Positions 12,649 through 22,723 of a DNA stretch of 31,564 bases are shown here, one piece after another. Within the stretch, counting starts at the first letter, position 1; each line of letters starts with the position of its first letter. Location: the NCBI GenBank assembly GCA_051294375.1, contig CM119263.1, forward strand, positions 4,482,753 to 4,514,316, given 5' to 3'. A program made the translations under genes and the position numbers. The stretch comes from Paraspadella gotoi (Eukaryota; Animalia; Chaetognatha). The notes under the pieces are model-generated. The model ran no database searches. It was not told where the DNA came from and was given only the letters and a program-made list of their open reading frames with translations.

Positions 12649-12951
12649 CCGGAGAACTGCCAATAAGTTCCCCACGTTGATAAGGATATTTATCTCTTGA
12701 ATGGTTTCTCGTTTCATAATATAATTAACATTTTATATAACAACCCTAAAGTTAAATGGTTTTCAGTTTATTATATGAAGTTGAGGCTTCATACAAGATG
12801 GATAAGTGATTTTTTTTATTTGAATTACAAAAAGGTTTCAATTAAATTTTTTAGTTGTATTTTTATTCCAAAAAAATCAACGCTTATTTGGTCATTTTTT
12901 TGTCTCTTCAGTCTTCACATATTAAGACTATCACCTTACTTTTATCCATAT

Positions 12952-13053
12952 CCAATTACATCCCTCCTTTACCCCATTTTTCATTGACATCCCTTCCCCT
13001 TACCCACTTTTCAATTACATCCCCTCCACTTCCCCACTTTTCAATTACATCCC
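12952..13053 (+). repeat. 30-bp minisatellite, ~3.4 copies (TCAATTACATCCCCTCCACTTCCCCACTTT)
   Basis: Units start at ~12952, 12981, 13011 and 13041. Confidence 0.9.
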
Positions 13054-13979
13054 TTGACTTCGCTTTGATCAACNNNNNNNNNNNNNNNNNNNNNNNNNNN
13101 NCACTCCCCCACTTTTCAATTACATCCCTCGACTTCGCTTTGATCAACTTTTCGATTGTCGAAAGCGAAATCTCGTTGTGCGTGATTTTCTCGCTTCTTG
13201 CGAATATTTCAATATCAGCTGCAGAGTGAGTGAAAGGGGTCAACTCTAATAAAGGCGCACCCCATATTTGGCAATTTCTCTCTCTCTCTNNNNNNNNNNN
13301 NNNNNNNNNNNNNNNNNNNNNNNNNNNNNNNNNNNNNNNNNNNNNNNNNNNNNNNNNNNNNNNNNNNNNNNNNNNNNNNNNNNNNNNNNNNNNNNNNNNN
13401 NNNNNNNNNNNNNNNNNNNNNTTTCTTCCTTCATTGTTGTCGAAATTTTTCCTCAACTGCGGACGACTCCGTGAAAAATTCCATTCGTTAATCACTTTTT
13501 CACAAAATAAAAAAAAAAAAAACAACAAAAAAACACCATCACTTCAATTGTAAATTTTTTTTCCAATTCACTAAAATTAAATCAAACACCGTTTTAAACA
13601 AATCCCCCTGTACATTTCTCCTTCCGTCCTCGTTTTCGGTGTTTTTGACGTTTCCCCTGTATTTCGATCCATTAAGGAAACACTCGTAGAAAATCCGAGG
13701 AGGAAACGGCCGAGAGACTTTCGCTCTACCGATTGAAAACTCCGGCTGAGGGNNNNNNNNNNNNNNNNNNNNNNNNNNNNNNNNNNNNNNNNNNNNNNNN
13801 NNNNNNNNNNNNNNNNNNNNNNNNNNNNNNNNNNNNNNNNNNNNNNNNNNNNNNNNNNNNNNNNNNNNNNNNNNNNNNNNNNNNNNNNNNNNNNNNNNNN
13901 NNNNNNNNNTTAAGAACTTAAGAATGGTAGGTGGGTTGGATTGGAAATCAATGTTGGTGATACGTACTGAAAAATTTAA

Positions 13980-14250
13980 AAGCAGAAATATGAGGGAAGA
14001 TAAAGATAGAGAAGGAAAAGGAAAGAGAAGAAAAAAGGGAAAAAAGAAAAAAAGGAAAGAAAATCAAAGAGGAGGAAATGGAGGAAAGAAAAAAGTTAAA
14101 AATAACAAAAAGAAGAAAAAGAGAAAAAGGAAAGAGAAAGAAAAAGAGAGAAACAAAGGGAAAAAGAAAAGCAAAAAGAAGAAAGCGAATAAAAAGGAAG
14201 AGAAAGAAAAAGGAAAGAGAAAGAAAAAGAAAGAAAAGAAAAAGGAAAAG
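13980..14250. repeat. A/G-rich low-complexity tract
   Basis: Almost exclusively purines on the + strand; source of the poly-Lys ORFs. Confidence 0.9.
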
Positions 14251-15084
14251 TAAATGGTTTCGGCAAAGACTTGTTTCCTCGTGAAACCATTCCCATTCTT
14301 TTCGGGTGACCCAGCAGAACCTCCGAGTTGATCGTGAGTCTCTCACAATCGTTCACTTTTATACATCACCCAGTTCACACACGGTACCACTTTCTTTTCA
14401 CCCTCGTTTCTGAGAGTCAATGTCATTAGATTACGTTATTTTAAACGACATAAATTAGCCATTAAATATTTTTTTTGTAATTTATAATTTTTAACTACAT
14501 TTGCAGCAAGCGTCAAGTTGTCACAGTTTAAGAAAGAAACGACTTTTTATCTTTCCTAACTCTCTCCCTTTCCAAAATCTTCTTAACTTACCATAACACT
14601 ACCTCGTTTATGCAGGCTCCACTCCTCCTCTTCCTCTTCTTCCTCCTCCTCCTCCTATTCCTCCTTTCTCACCCAAGCATTTCGACCTGCGAGACTGTCG
14701 CCTTAATTTTCACTCCAGTTCCCAGGTTCTCTGTCTCTCTCTCTCGCTCTCTNNNNNNNNNNNNNNNNNNNNNNNNNNNNNNNNNNNNNNNNNNNNNNNN
14801 NNNNNNNNNNNNNNNNNNNNNNNNNNNNNNNNNNNNNNNNNNNNNNNNNNNNNNNNNNNNNNNNNNNNNNNNNNNNNNNNNNNNNNNNNNNNNNNNNNNN
14901 NNNNNNNNNNNNNNNNNNNNNNNNNNNNNNNNNNNNNNNNNNNNNNNNNNNNNNNNNNNNNNNNNNNNNNNNNNNNNNNNNNNNNNNNNNNNNNNNNNNN
15001 NNNNNNNNNNNNNNNNNNNNNNNNNNNNNNNNNNNNNNNNNNNNNNNNNNNNNNNNNNNNNNNNNNNNNNAAACGTTTGAGCAG

Positions 15085-15810
15085 ATGAATAACCGCGAGA
15101 GAGGAAGGGATAATGAAAAAGATAATGAAAGAGAAAAATAAAACTAAAAAAAAGAACAGAAAAGGTAAAACGAAAGAAAAAGAAAGAATAAAAAAGTTAA
15201 GCTGGAAAGAAAATAAAACTTGATAATGGAAGAGAAGAAAAAAAGTTAGGGAATCGAGAGAAAAGGATAGAAAAAAGGATAGAGAAAAGAAAAAGGAAAA
15301 AGAAAATTGTGAAAATAATTGAAAAACGAAACGCAAATTTGGTTTGAGCAATAAAAAGTAGTAAACTTCGGGAAATAAAAGGAAAGGGAAGATGCAGAAA
15401 GGGTTAGTCTGTACTAAAATGGTAAGGCTTTAATACGCGAAGGGAAACTGTCAATAAAGCTGCGTTTGCAAGGGTCAGGCAATACTGGTCGGGAGCGCGA
15501 GGAGGAAGAAAGGTCATAAGAAAAAAAAAGCGAAAAAAAGATAAAAAAATATGAGGAAGCGTCTAAATGGAAAGAATGGGAGAATAAAACAAAAAGAACA
15601 ATATGAGAAAAAAGAAAAAAAGGAAAAAAAGACAAAAAATGGGGAATAAGTAAAAAAATGGTAAAAATGGACTGAAAAGGGACTAAAAAGAAAAAAAGGG
15701 ACTAAAAAAAGGACTAAAAAGAAATAAAGGGACTAGAAATGAACAAGAAAGGAACGAAAAAGGGAAAAAAGGGACTAAAAGGGGAAAAAAGGGAAGGGAA
15801 ATAAAAAAAG
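15085..15810. repeat. A-rich low-complexity tract including a degenerate AAAAAGGGACT minisatellite (~15663-15780)
   Basis: Seen directly. Confidence 0.85.
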
Positions 15811-15934
15811 GGCAGACATAAAAACTCCTCGTTACGTCGACTCTAAAATCGGAAACGGATCCGAGAAAGACCAAAGCTGAGAGGAAATCCGTTCGGTGTT
15901 GTTGTTTGCACTCGCGTTGTCATGGAAACGGTTT

Positions 15935-16188
15935 TCCTTCTCGCGCTTCTTTCTCTCTCTCCCACAGTCTCTGTCTCTATCCCTTTCTCTCTCACTCTCT
16001 CTTTCTCACTTTCTCTCTTTCTCTCTTTCTCACAGAGTAGAGGGGAGATCAGGAGAGATGAGAGAGAGAGCTAGAGAGAGAGAGAAGAGAGAGAGAGAGA
16101 CGAGAGAGAGAGAGAGAGAGGAATTGAGGAGANNNNNNNNNNNNNNNNNNNNNNNNNTCTTTCTCACACACACACACAATCTCTCTCC

Positions 16189-16263
<75 letters not shown>
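15935..16263. repeat. Mixed (CT)n/(GA)n microsatellites around a 25-N gap (16133-16157)
   Basis: Seen directly. Confidence 0.9.
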
Positions 16264-16518
16264 TAAGCGTATTCAAAACGCAGCGAGGATACTATTCTCA
16301 GTTTCCTCCTTCTCACGATCTTTAACTCAAATAACGCTCTAAGAGGCTTACCGGTGAAAATGCGAGACAAGATAAGGAAGGGAAAGGCATTGAGGAGAAG
16401 AGAGAGAGAATCGAGAGACGAGAAGATGAGAGATGAGAGAGAGCACGAGAGAGAGAGAACAGATGAGAGAAAAGGAGAGGTGAGAGGAGAGAAGAGAAAA
16501 GATTGAGAAGAAAAGGAG

Positions 16519-18385
16519 GGGAGAAAGGAGTGGGTGAGAACGAGGAGGGAGAAAAAAAGTGAGTAAAATTGGAGGAGGAAGAAAATACAGTGAGCACCCG
16601 CTCTCGCGACAGCAGTAGATTATCAACGACAAGAGCTCTGGAGCCGCAAGTGATTATGTGTGTTTAAAATCTGTGATATTAAAATTTGTGGACATCAACT
16701 AGCAAATTAATTAATGAAATTAATTACTGAGGAATCTTTAAATTAAATAGATTAAATTTTAATGGAGGTAAGCCTCTCACCCACCGACACCACTGCCTGG
16801 TGGGTGGGCGTAGGGTAGAGGGAAAGGACACGCACCTAAAGAATAAAAAAAATATAAAAAAGACTTTGTCTCAAACAACGACCATTAAAAAGATGAAATA
16901 AAGAAAGTGCAATCGAACCGGCTTAAGTACTATATCTGCATCGAGAGGTCTAAAAGAATAAAAGGATCGAGCTTCGAACGACTGCTTATGCAAATACTAT
17001 TATTTTCTTGCCTTTATGATTGGCATGGGAAGTAAGTTGAGACCGTAGATGGACACGATTAGTTTCGACACCAATAACATTATGGTGCTCGGTGACTCGA
17101 AGGGCAAGAAGAAATGAAAGATAAGAGATCAGACAAGAAAGACGAAGTACAAGAAAGCAGAAAGAAAAAAGAAAGAAAAGAAAAAAAAAGAAACACAAAA
17201 AAAATAAAAAGAAAGTGAATAAGAAAAAGAACACATCGATCACAAGCCCGCGCAAAAGAGAATCGCTAAGCAATAAAGGTAATCGCTAGCTCTCATCATA
17301 AAGAGACCATAGACTCAGTCTATGCGTCCGCTAATCATTAACTGCAACACCCTGGCTTGCATCAAATCGACTCTCAGAACATCTAAGACCTATGAACATA
17401 CTCTATGCTCGTCCTGAGTCACAGCACAGAAAGCCCTTCCCTCATACCAGTCCTCCGCACCAACAGTCAAGAAAGAAAGAAAGAAAAGTCAAGAAAGGAA
17501 AGGGAAAAGTTTAGGAAGACAAGTCAAGAAAAAAGAAGGTGGTGCCTCAGCTACATCTCTGCAAATAAAAAATCGTCATTCTACAGACGTCTGCGCAACC
17601 GCGATAAGCACACACCATAGACACTTTGTCAAGATCAGTATGCGATCAATCTTGCCGACCAGCACACGATCAGGACTCACTCTGTCACTGCACACGATAA
17701 GACTTGATGGATGCAACGCGCAGACCCAAGCTAATCTGCCAGATCGCGTAGCGATATCTGAAATCACGACGAAGTATGTATCTATTATATGCCTATAGCC
17801 ACTCTGACTCATTCGGACCCACTGCAACGAAAAGTGGACGCGGTCGCGCACCAACCTTCTCAGAGATGGGCTCCCAGCTGTCTCTCCTTTCCGTCATCCC
17901 GGATTTTTCCCACTTTGGAAGGCTCTCTTCGCCCTTGACCCGAAGGCGGAGGGATACTCTGCTCAGATATAATCGCTCAGGGCTGTTCTCACTACGCTGG
18001 CTTGATTCATCTTTTTTCGAGGCTAATGTTCTGACATGTGGAAAGAGGATGACGGCGATAAGACCAACAGAGCAAGGCACAGACATGACGAGGCTGGGTT
18101 GTCGTTGATGGCGAGTGTTAATGGAGGACCTCACAGGAAGGCGAAACACATACGCTAGTTTGAAATATATTGCAAATCCTCGGGCAAAACCATATGGTTT
18201 GTCGCGGCCTAATACGGGACCTTATGAACTTAGAACTTTTTCTCATTAAGAGTCGGGACCCACAGCCGTATGCTGATGTCTCCGAGACCAATAAACCCAT
18301 CGATATCAAACGGATCGTCAAATAATTCGGTAGATCTCCCTTAATTGTTATCTCGCAAGACAAAGTAATTAAATGATACATGATA
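16519..18385 (+). repeat. Degraded, insertion-inflated collinear copy of ~25848-26650
   Basis: Anchors: GGAGAAAGGAGTGGGTGAGAACGAGGAGG (16519 / 25848); TTAAAATCTGTGAT (16664 / 25932); ATTACTGAGGAATCTTTAA (16723 / 25978); TATTATTTTCTT (16998 / 26090); AGTCAAGAAAGAAAGAAAGAAA (17465 / 26260). The 3' end is approximate. Confidence 0.85.
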
Positions 18386-21300
18386 TGGAGTTGAAAAATA
18401 GGAGAAGATGCGTAGCAGTGTCAAGGCCTAGGATAGCGAATAATCGAGTGTGAGCGAGCATGGCATCTGAATCATAGGACAGAAGTGCCATGGCATCAAC
18501 AATGAACATATTACGTTTTATAAAGTTATTTTTCTACCTTTGTCCCTTGTGGTGCGGTTTTTGGCTTTGGCTGAGGGTGTTGTATTTATTATAAATTAAC
18601 CATAAATTATGAATAGAGTAGATGAAGGGGAGAAGAAATCCTTGGTGGTTCAAAGATATTCGATATCGTTGCACCTTCTGGTAACTAGAAATATTAAAAT
18701 TCTTGTCAAATTATAGTTAATCTATAACAGGAATAAATTTCGTAATCAACCTCTAACCTCAATTAAAATGTGTCTAGCTTCGAAATCGCACGATTCTAAA
18801 TTCTCCACGTCCTTCGTAAACCACGAAGCGAAAATTCGTAATTTTTTTTCTCTTTTCAAATTGAAATTAAATCGTAAGATCGTTAAATCCGATTAAATAA
18901 CAAATTGAGGGATGAAAGGAAAGTTAAAGGAGAGTGAGCCGCCGGAGACTGAGTTTCGGACGAGGTCGTAAAGAAGCGTTTCGGTTTGTGACGTTCAATT
19001 GTTTTTTTTTCTCCAAGCGGCGATATTAGCTTTTAGCCGTGTATTTTTAGATTCGAGATGCGATCACGCACCCTTCTATTGGAACTTTTTTATTTCTACT
19101 CGTACGAGATGATGTTTATAAAAAAAACGGCGAACTCTGTAATATTTGTTCGGTATTTAACCGTCGGCAAATAGAGGGTAACCGAGCGAAATATTAAGTT
19201 CTCTTTTAAATTGCAGTTATTTAAATAATGGTAGTGGCTGGACATTAATTATGGACGCATGCTGTTGACCCTTTTTTTCTCTTTGGAATTTCCGATTGCA
19301 CATAGCATCAGTGATCTAGTGCGCGGATTTCTCGGCTGGGCGCTAGGTGTCTAAGTCGAGTCTTAATCGATAGCATAATCCGGCTATCTTTATTCCGCAA
19401 AATTAGAAAAAGTTTTGGTTTTATTTTTATTTAATATATATAGAAGAGCTGTGACAGAAAAAATAATGGGACCTGAGAAACCGCGTCGACGGGAATGAGA
19501 GAAATGACGTCTTTTGTTGAAATTTTAACTTTCGGGTGGGGGGGGGAAAAAAGAGAGACGACTGGGAAACATATTGCAAGAATAAACAATTACAGTGTTT
19601 AGGGAATTGTTTTGATAAAGATCCTCGGTTTGCCGGATAACCGGCTCAAATAAGTCGCATGAAATCCTGAGAAGAGGTTGATTGAGCGACGAAGGTCTAA
19701 AATTAATGGGCGGTGATAATTGACTGGCGATGAGAATGTTGATCTGAGATTTTATGGCAACAAAAAACTCACTGTTACCATCCCGTATGGGGTTGTGTGT
19801 TTTTTTGTAAACTCCTAGTAATATGTAGAATTCGTTTGCGAATTAATTTAATTAATATGTGTAGTAAATATTTCGAATTTAATAACCCCTTGGTTCGCCC
19901 AGTCCCTCGATACTCCACATTGTCGAACTATCTTATGAAATTCACTTAATGTCGATCGAGCTGGCTTTGAGTTCGGTGCAGTTGAAAAAATTAACTTACG
20001 GCTGCTGATAAGTCGCCATCGGCGTTTTTTTTTTATCCGTATCGGCCCTCCATTCAGTCTGTCTTTTTAGGTTCTGTAATTGCATCTACAGACAGTATGC
20101 TACAGGGCTCACACAAAAAAAAAAAATATGTATCGACATATATATATTATATTATTACAAATTAATAATCCATAATTCAGTTTCTTTTACACTTTTATTT
20201 AAACCACCTTCCATTTTCGAGTAGCTTCATTTTACTCCAACCGCGTATCTTCTCACAAATGGATAGTAATCCAGAAAGTGGACTTTCTTATAGTGTGGAA
20301 CAACGTTATATCTTTCAGAAGAGATGTTTCATCTCAAAATCAGCCTTTTTATAACCCCCTATTTAATGAAAAATAAAATTCTCTTTCCATCTCAAATTAC
20401 TCTGGGGTTTTTTATAGCCTTCCCCCCCAGTTTACTGTTTCTCATTTCGATCCCTACTTACTGTCTTAGTTCTCCCTTTTCTCCTCCACTTACTCCTCCT
20501 TCTCCGTCCCGGTAGTGCTTTCCCACTATTAAATTTCCACCCATTCATTTTGTTCCAACCCAATCCTCCTTATTTTGCTTTCACGGTTATGACACTAGTT
20601 TCTTCTTGCTTCACTATTACGGTTTTTCACCTTCCACATTGCTTTCTCACAATCAACAGTCTCTCTTTCCTTATACCTCACCGACCAAAGTTCTCTAACA
20701 ATTATTTACACCCCGTTCCCCCCGGTCTTCCCTCCCTTTATTTTTTTTTATTATTTTTCTTTCCCGTTCATCGCAACGAAAAGGAAAACAAAAAAATTTT
20801 AAGACGCGAAAACTTGAATGTGAGCGTGCTGTTTGCCCTTTTCAATATTGTGAATTTATAATTCCCCCACCACCATTCTCCATTCTCCCTATTTATATGT
20901 ATCGAAAACAAAAGAACAAAATAGGAACATATACGTCACGAATTGCCACTCCTCCCTTAAACCCTTAAACAACATAGACAGGCCACAGCTTTTAGCTTTA
21001 AAATAATACTAAATATCGCTTTATCGCATGAAGATAAACTTCAATTCTTGCGACTTACCGAATTAATTTTACCCTGCTTATTACCATGCGATAATTACCA
21101 TTAAATCTGCCACATAGTAAGATTATATCAAAGACATCACCCAGCTGATCAGATATAAAATAAGCCGGAAGAAATCGATCGGATAATACTAGACTGGCGT
21201 CGGAAAACATTGGAAGAAATGACAAGCTCTCTTGTTGTTTACTTGGTGGTTAACTGTATTTGTTTTATTTTTGGCATAAGGAGTTACGAACGAATAAATC

Positions 21301-21421
21301 TAAGAAGCAAACGCAACAAAAAGAGAAAAAAAAAAACCGAAGAAATCACGAAACCACAAGAAATAAAATCATAAGGCAGGAAGGAGGAAAGGAAAAAAAA
21401 AAAAAATTCAACTCGGCGTAC

Positions 21422-21534
21422 CTTGTTGTATTCCTCCAGGCAGATTCCGGGGAACAGACCAAGAGAAGTCCGTGAATGTTGAACCTCCTCGTCGAACCGA
21501 TCGATCCGTTAGATTGTCGACGAGGCGTTGCCGA
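21422..21534 (-). CDS. Candidate internal exon resembling the N-terminal part (strands A-B) of a fibronectin type III domain
   Basis: Minus strand: pyrimidine tract TTTTATTCTCTTTCATG (non-canonical; CAG if one T is an insertion error), then open frame RQRLVDNLTDRSVRRGGSTFTDFSWSVPRNLPGGIQQ, then donor AAG|GTACG. DNLT...STF..FSWSVP..PGG resembles the FN3 pattern nL.v...tstsl.lsW.pP..gG. Recognised by eye only. Confidence 0.35.
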
Positions 21535-22279
21535 CATGAAAGAGAATAAAAGGTCAATTTGTTCGTGTTTGCACTGTGTTACAGAGACAGTTGAAGAAAG
21601 GGCGCAACGTGCCGAAATGGTGTCGTTTACCGGCCGAGACGAAGTTCGTCCGCGAAGGAATCGTGGAAGGACGAATGAAGCTGCGGCGAAGTTCGCTGGA
21701 CTCGAGGGACGCTTACTCAGGCCGTTTTGCCGTTACGAACACATAAACGACCCGTCAGGCGCGGATGTGGGAAAGAGGCAGAGTTTCGCCCGTCGGATTT
21801 CATCGTGTCGTCGTTCGTTCTTGGGTCTTTATCCTCTGCTTAAAGCATTACTGAAAAACGTAGGTCTGTGGCACTCTTTATCTCGGGTCTTTTGCTTTGC
21901 CAGATATTCAAAGTTTTTTTTCTCTTTCTGTGTTGTGTTTTATGTTTTTTTTTCTTCTCGCGATGGAAAAATCGTTATCGATCTAGAGAGAAGATAATAA
22001 AAAAGAGAAGAGCTTAAGTCAACTATCTTAGGCTAATTCTCCTAGAAAGAATGAGTATAGATGGCATTAATAAACAGAATGCTTAGAATTAGAATATAGT
22101 AAAGTTTATTTAGATTAGATAGAATTAGACCTAGATAGTGATAACAATAAAAAATAAGTGGCCAGTGACTTCTATGGACCAATGAATATAATGTAGACGC
22201 AGAGCGAACCTTTTCACTAGTGAATTGTATTGTACGCCGGTAGAAGAAGAGAACTTAAAACTAAAGGCTGGCGCAACGA

Positions 22280-22282
22280 TCT

Positions 22283-22316
<34 letters not shown>

Positions 22317-22353
22317 CTCCTCTTCTTCTCTCTCTCTCTCTCTCATCTCTCTC
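22280..22353. repeat. (CT)n microsatellite
   Basis: Seen directly. Confidence 0.95.
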
Positions 22354-22633
22354 TATTTTGAAATTAATATTAATTTAGATTCGAGTTAATGAAACATGGC
22401 GATCCTGAAAAAAAAGGAAAGAATCGCTTCGGACGTTTGACGTCCTTGATGTTTTTGACAGTTCGCGCGAACCGGGCAATGCAAGAGATTCTAATCGTGC
22501 GACACAACTTTTTCATCTCTGTTTTTTTTTTTATCTTAATATATTTTTTTGTATTGCGTTAGCATTGTGGTTCTTTTTTGTTTAAATCGGAATTCGAGGG
22601 ATTCACTCATTCCATTGCGAGTTCCGTCTATAC

Positions 22634-22723
22634 CTGGAATCCGAACGAGGCCTGATTTTCTGGATCTCATTCTCCGTCGCGATTCGGAACAAATAGTATT
22701 AGGTGTTGGTAGAGGCCCTTAAA
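22634..22723 (-). CDS. Candidate internal exon resembling the C-terminal part (strands E-G) of a fibronectin type III domain; frame interrupted as assembled
   Basis: Strong acceptor TTTTTCTTTCTCTTCCCCAG| and donor CAG|GTATAG bound 90 bp reading LRASTNT*YYLFRIATENEIQKIRPRSDS. This resembles the FN3 motif L-x3-T-x-Y-x-F-x-I-x-A-x-N. One in-frame TAA must be an error or indicate a pseudo-exon. Confidence 0.4.

Noticed and set aside
12331-16632. ORFs spanning N runs or poly-Lys/poly-Phe tracts
   Set aside because: Their length comes from gaps and purine/pyrimidine low complexity that lacks stop codons.
21422-21508. Alternative frame RIDRFDEEVQHSRTSLGLFPGICLEEYNK with an ICLEEY RING-like word
   Set aside because: Lacks the preceding Cys of the C-x2-C pair and is closed by a TAA upstream with no acceptor; the FN3-like frame is open across the whole exon candidate.
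21476-21997. 173-aa + strand ORF
   Set aside because: No recognisable homology, it runs into a T-rich tract, and it overlaps the better-supported minus-strand exon candidate.
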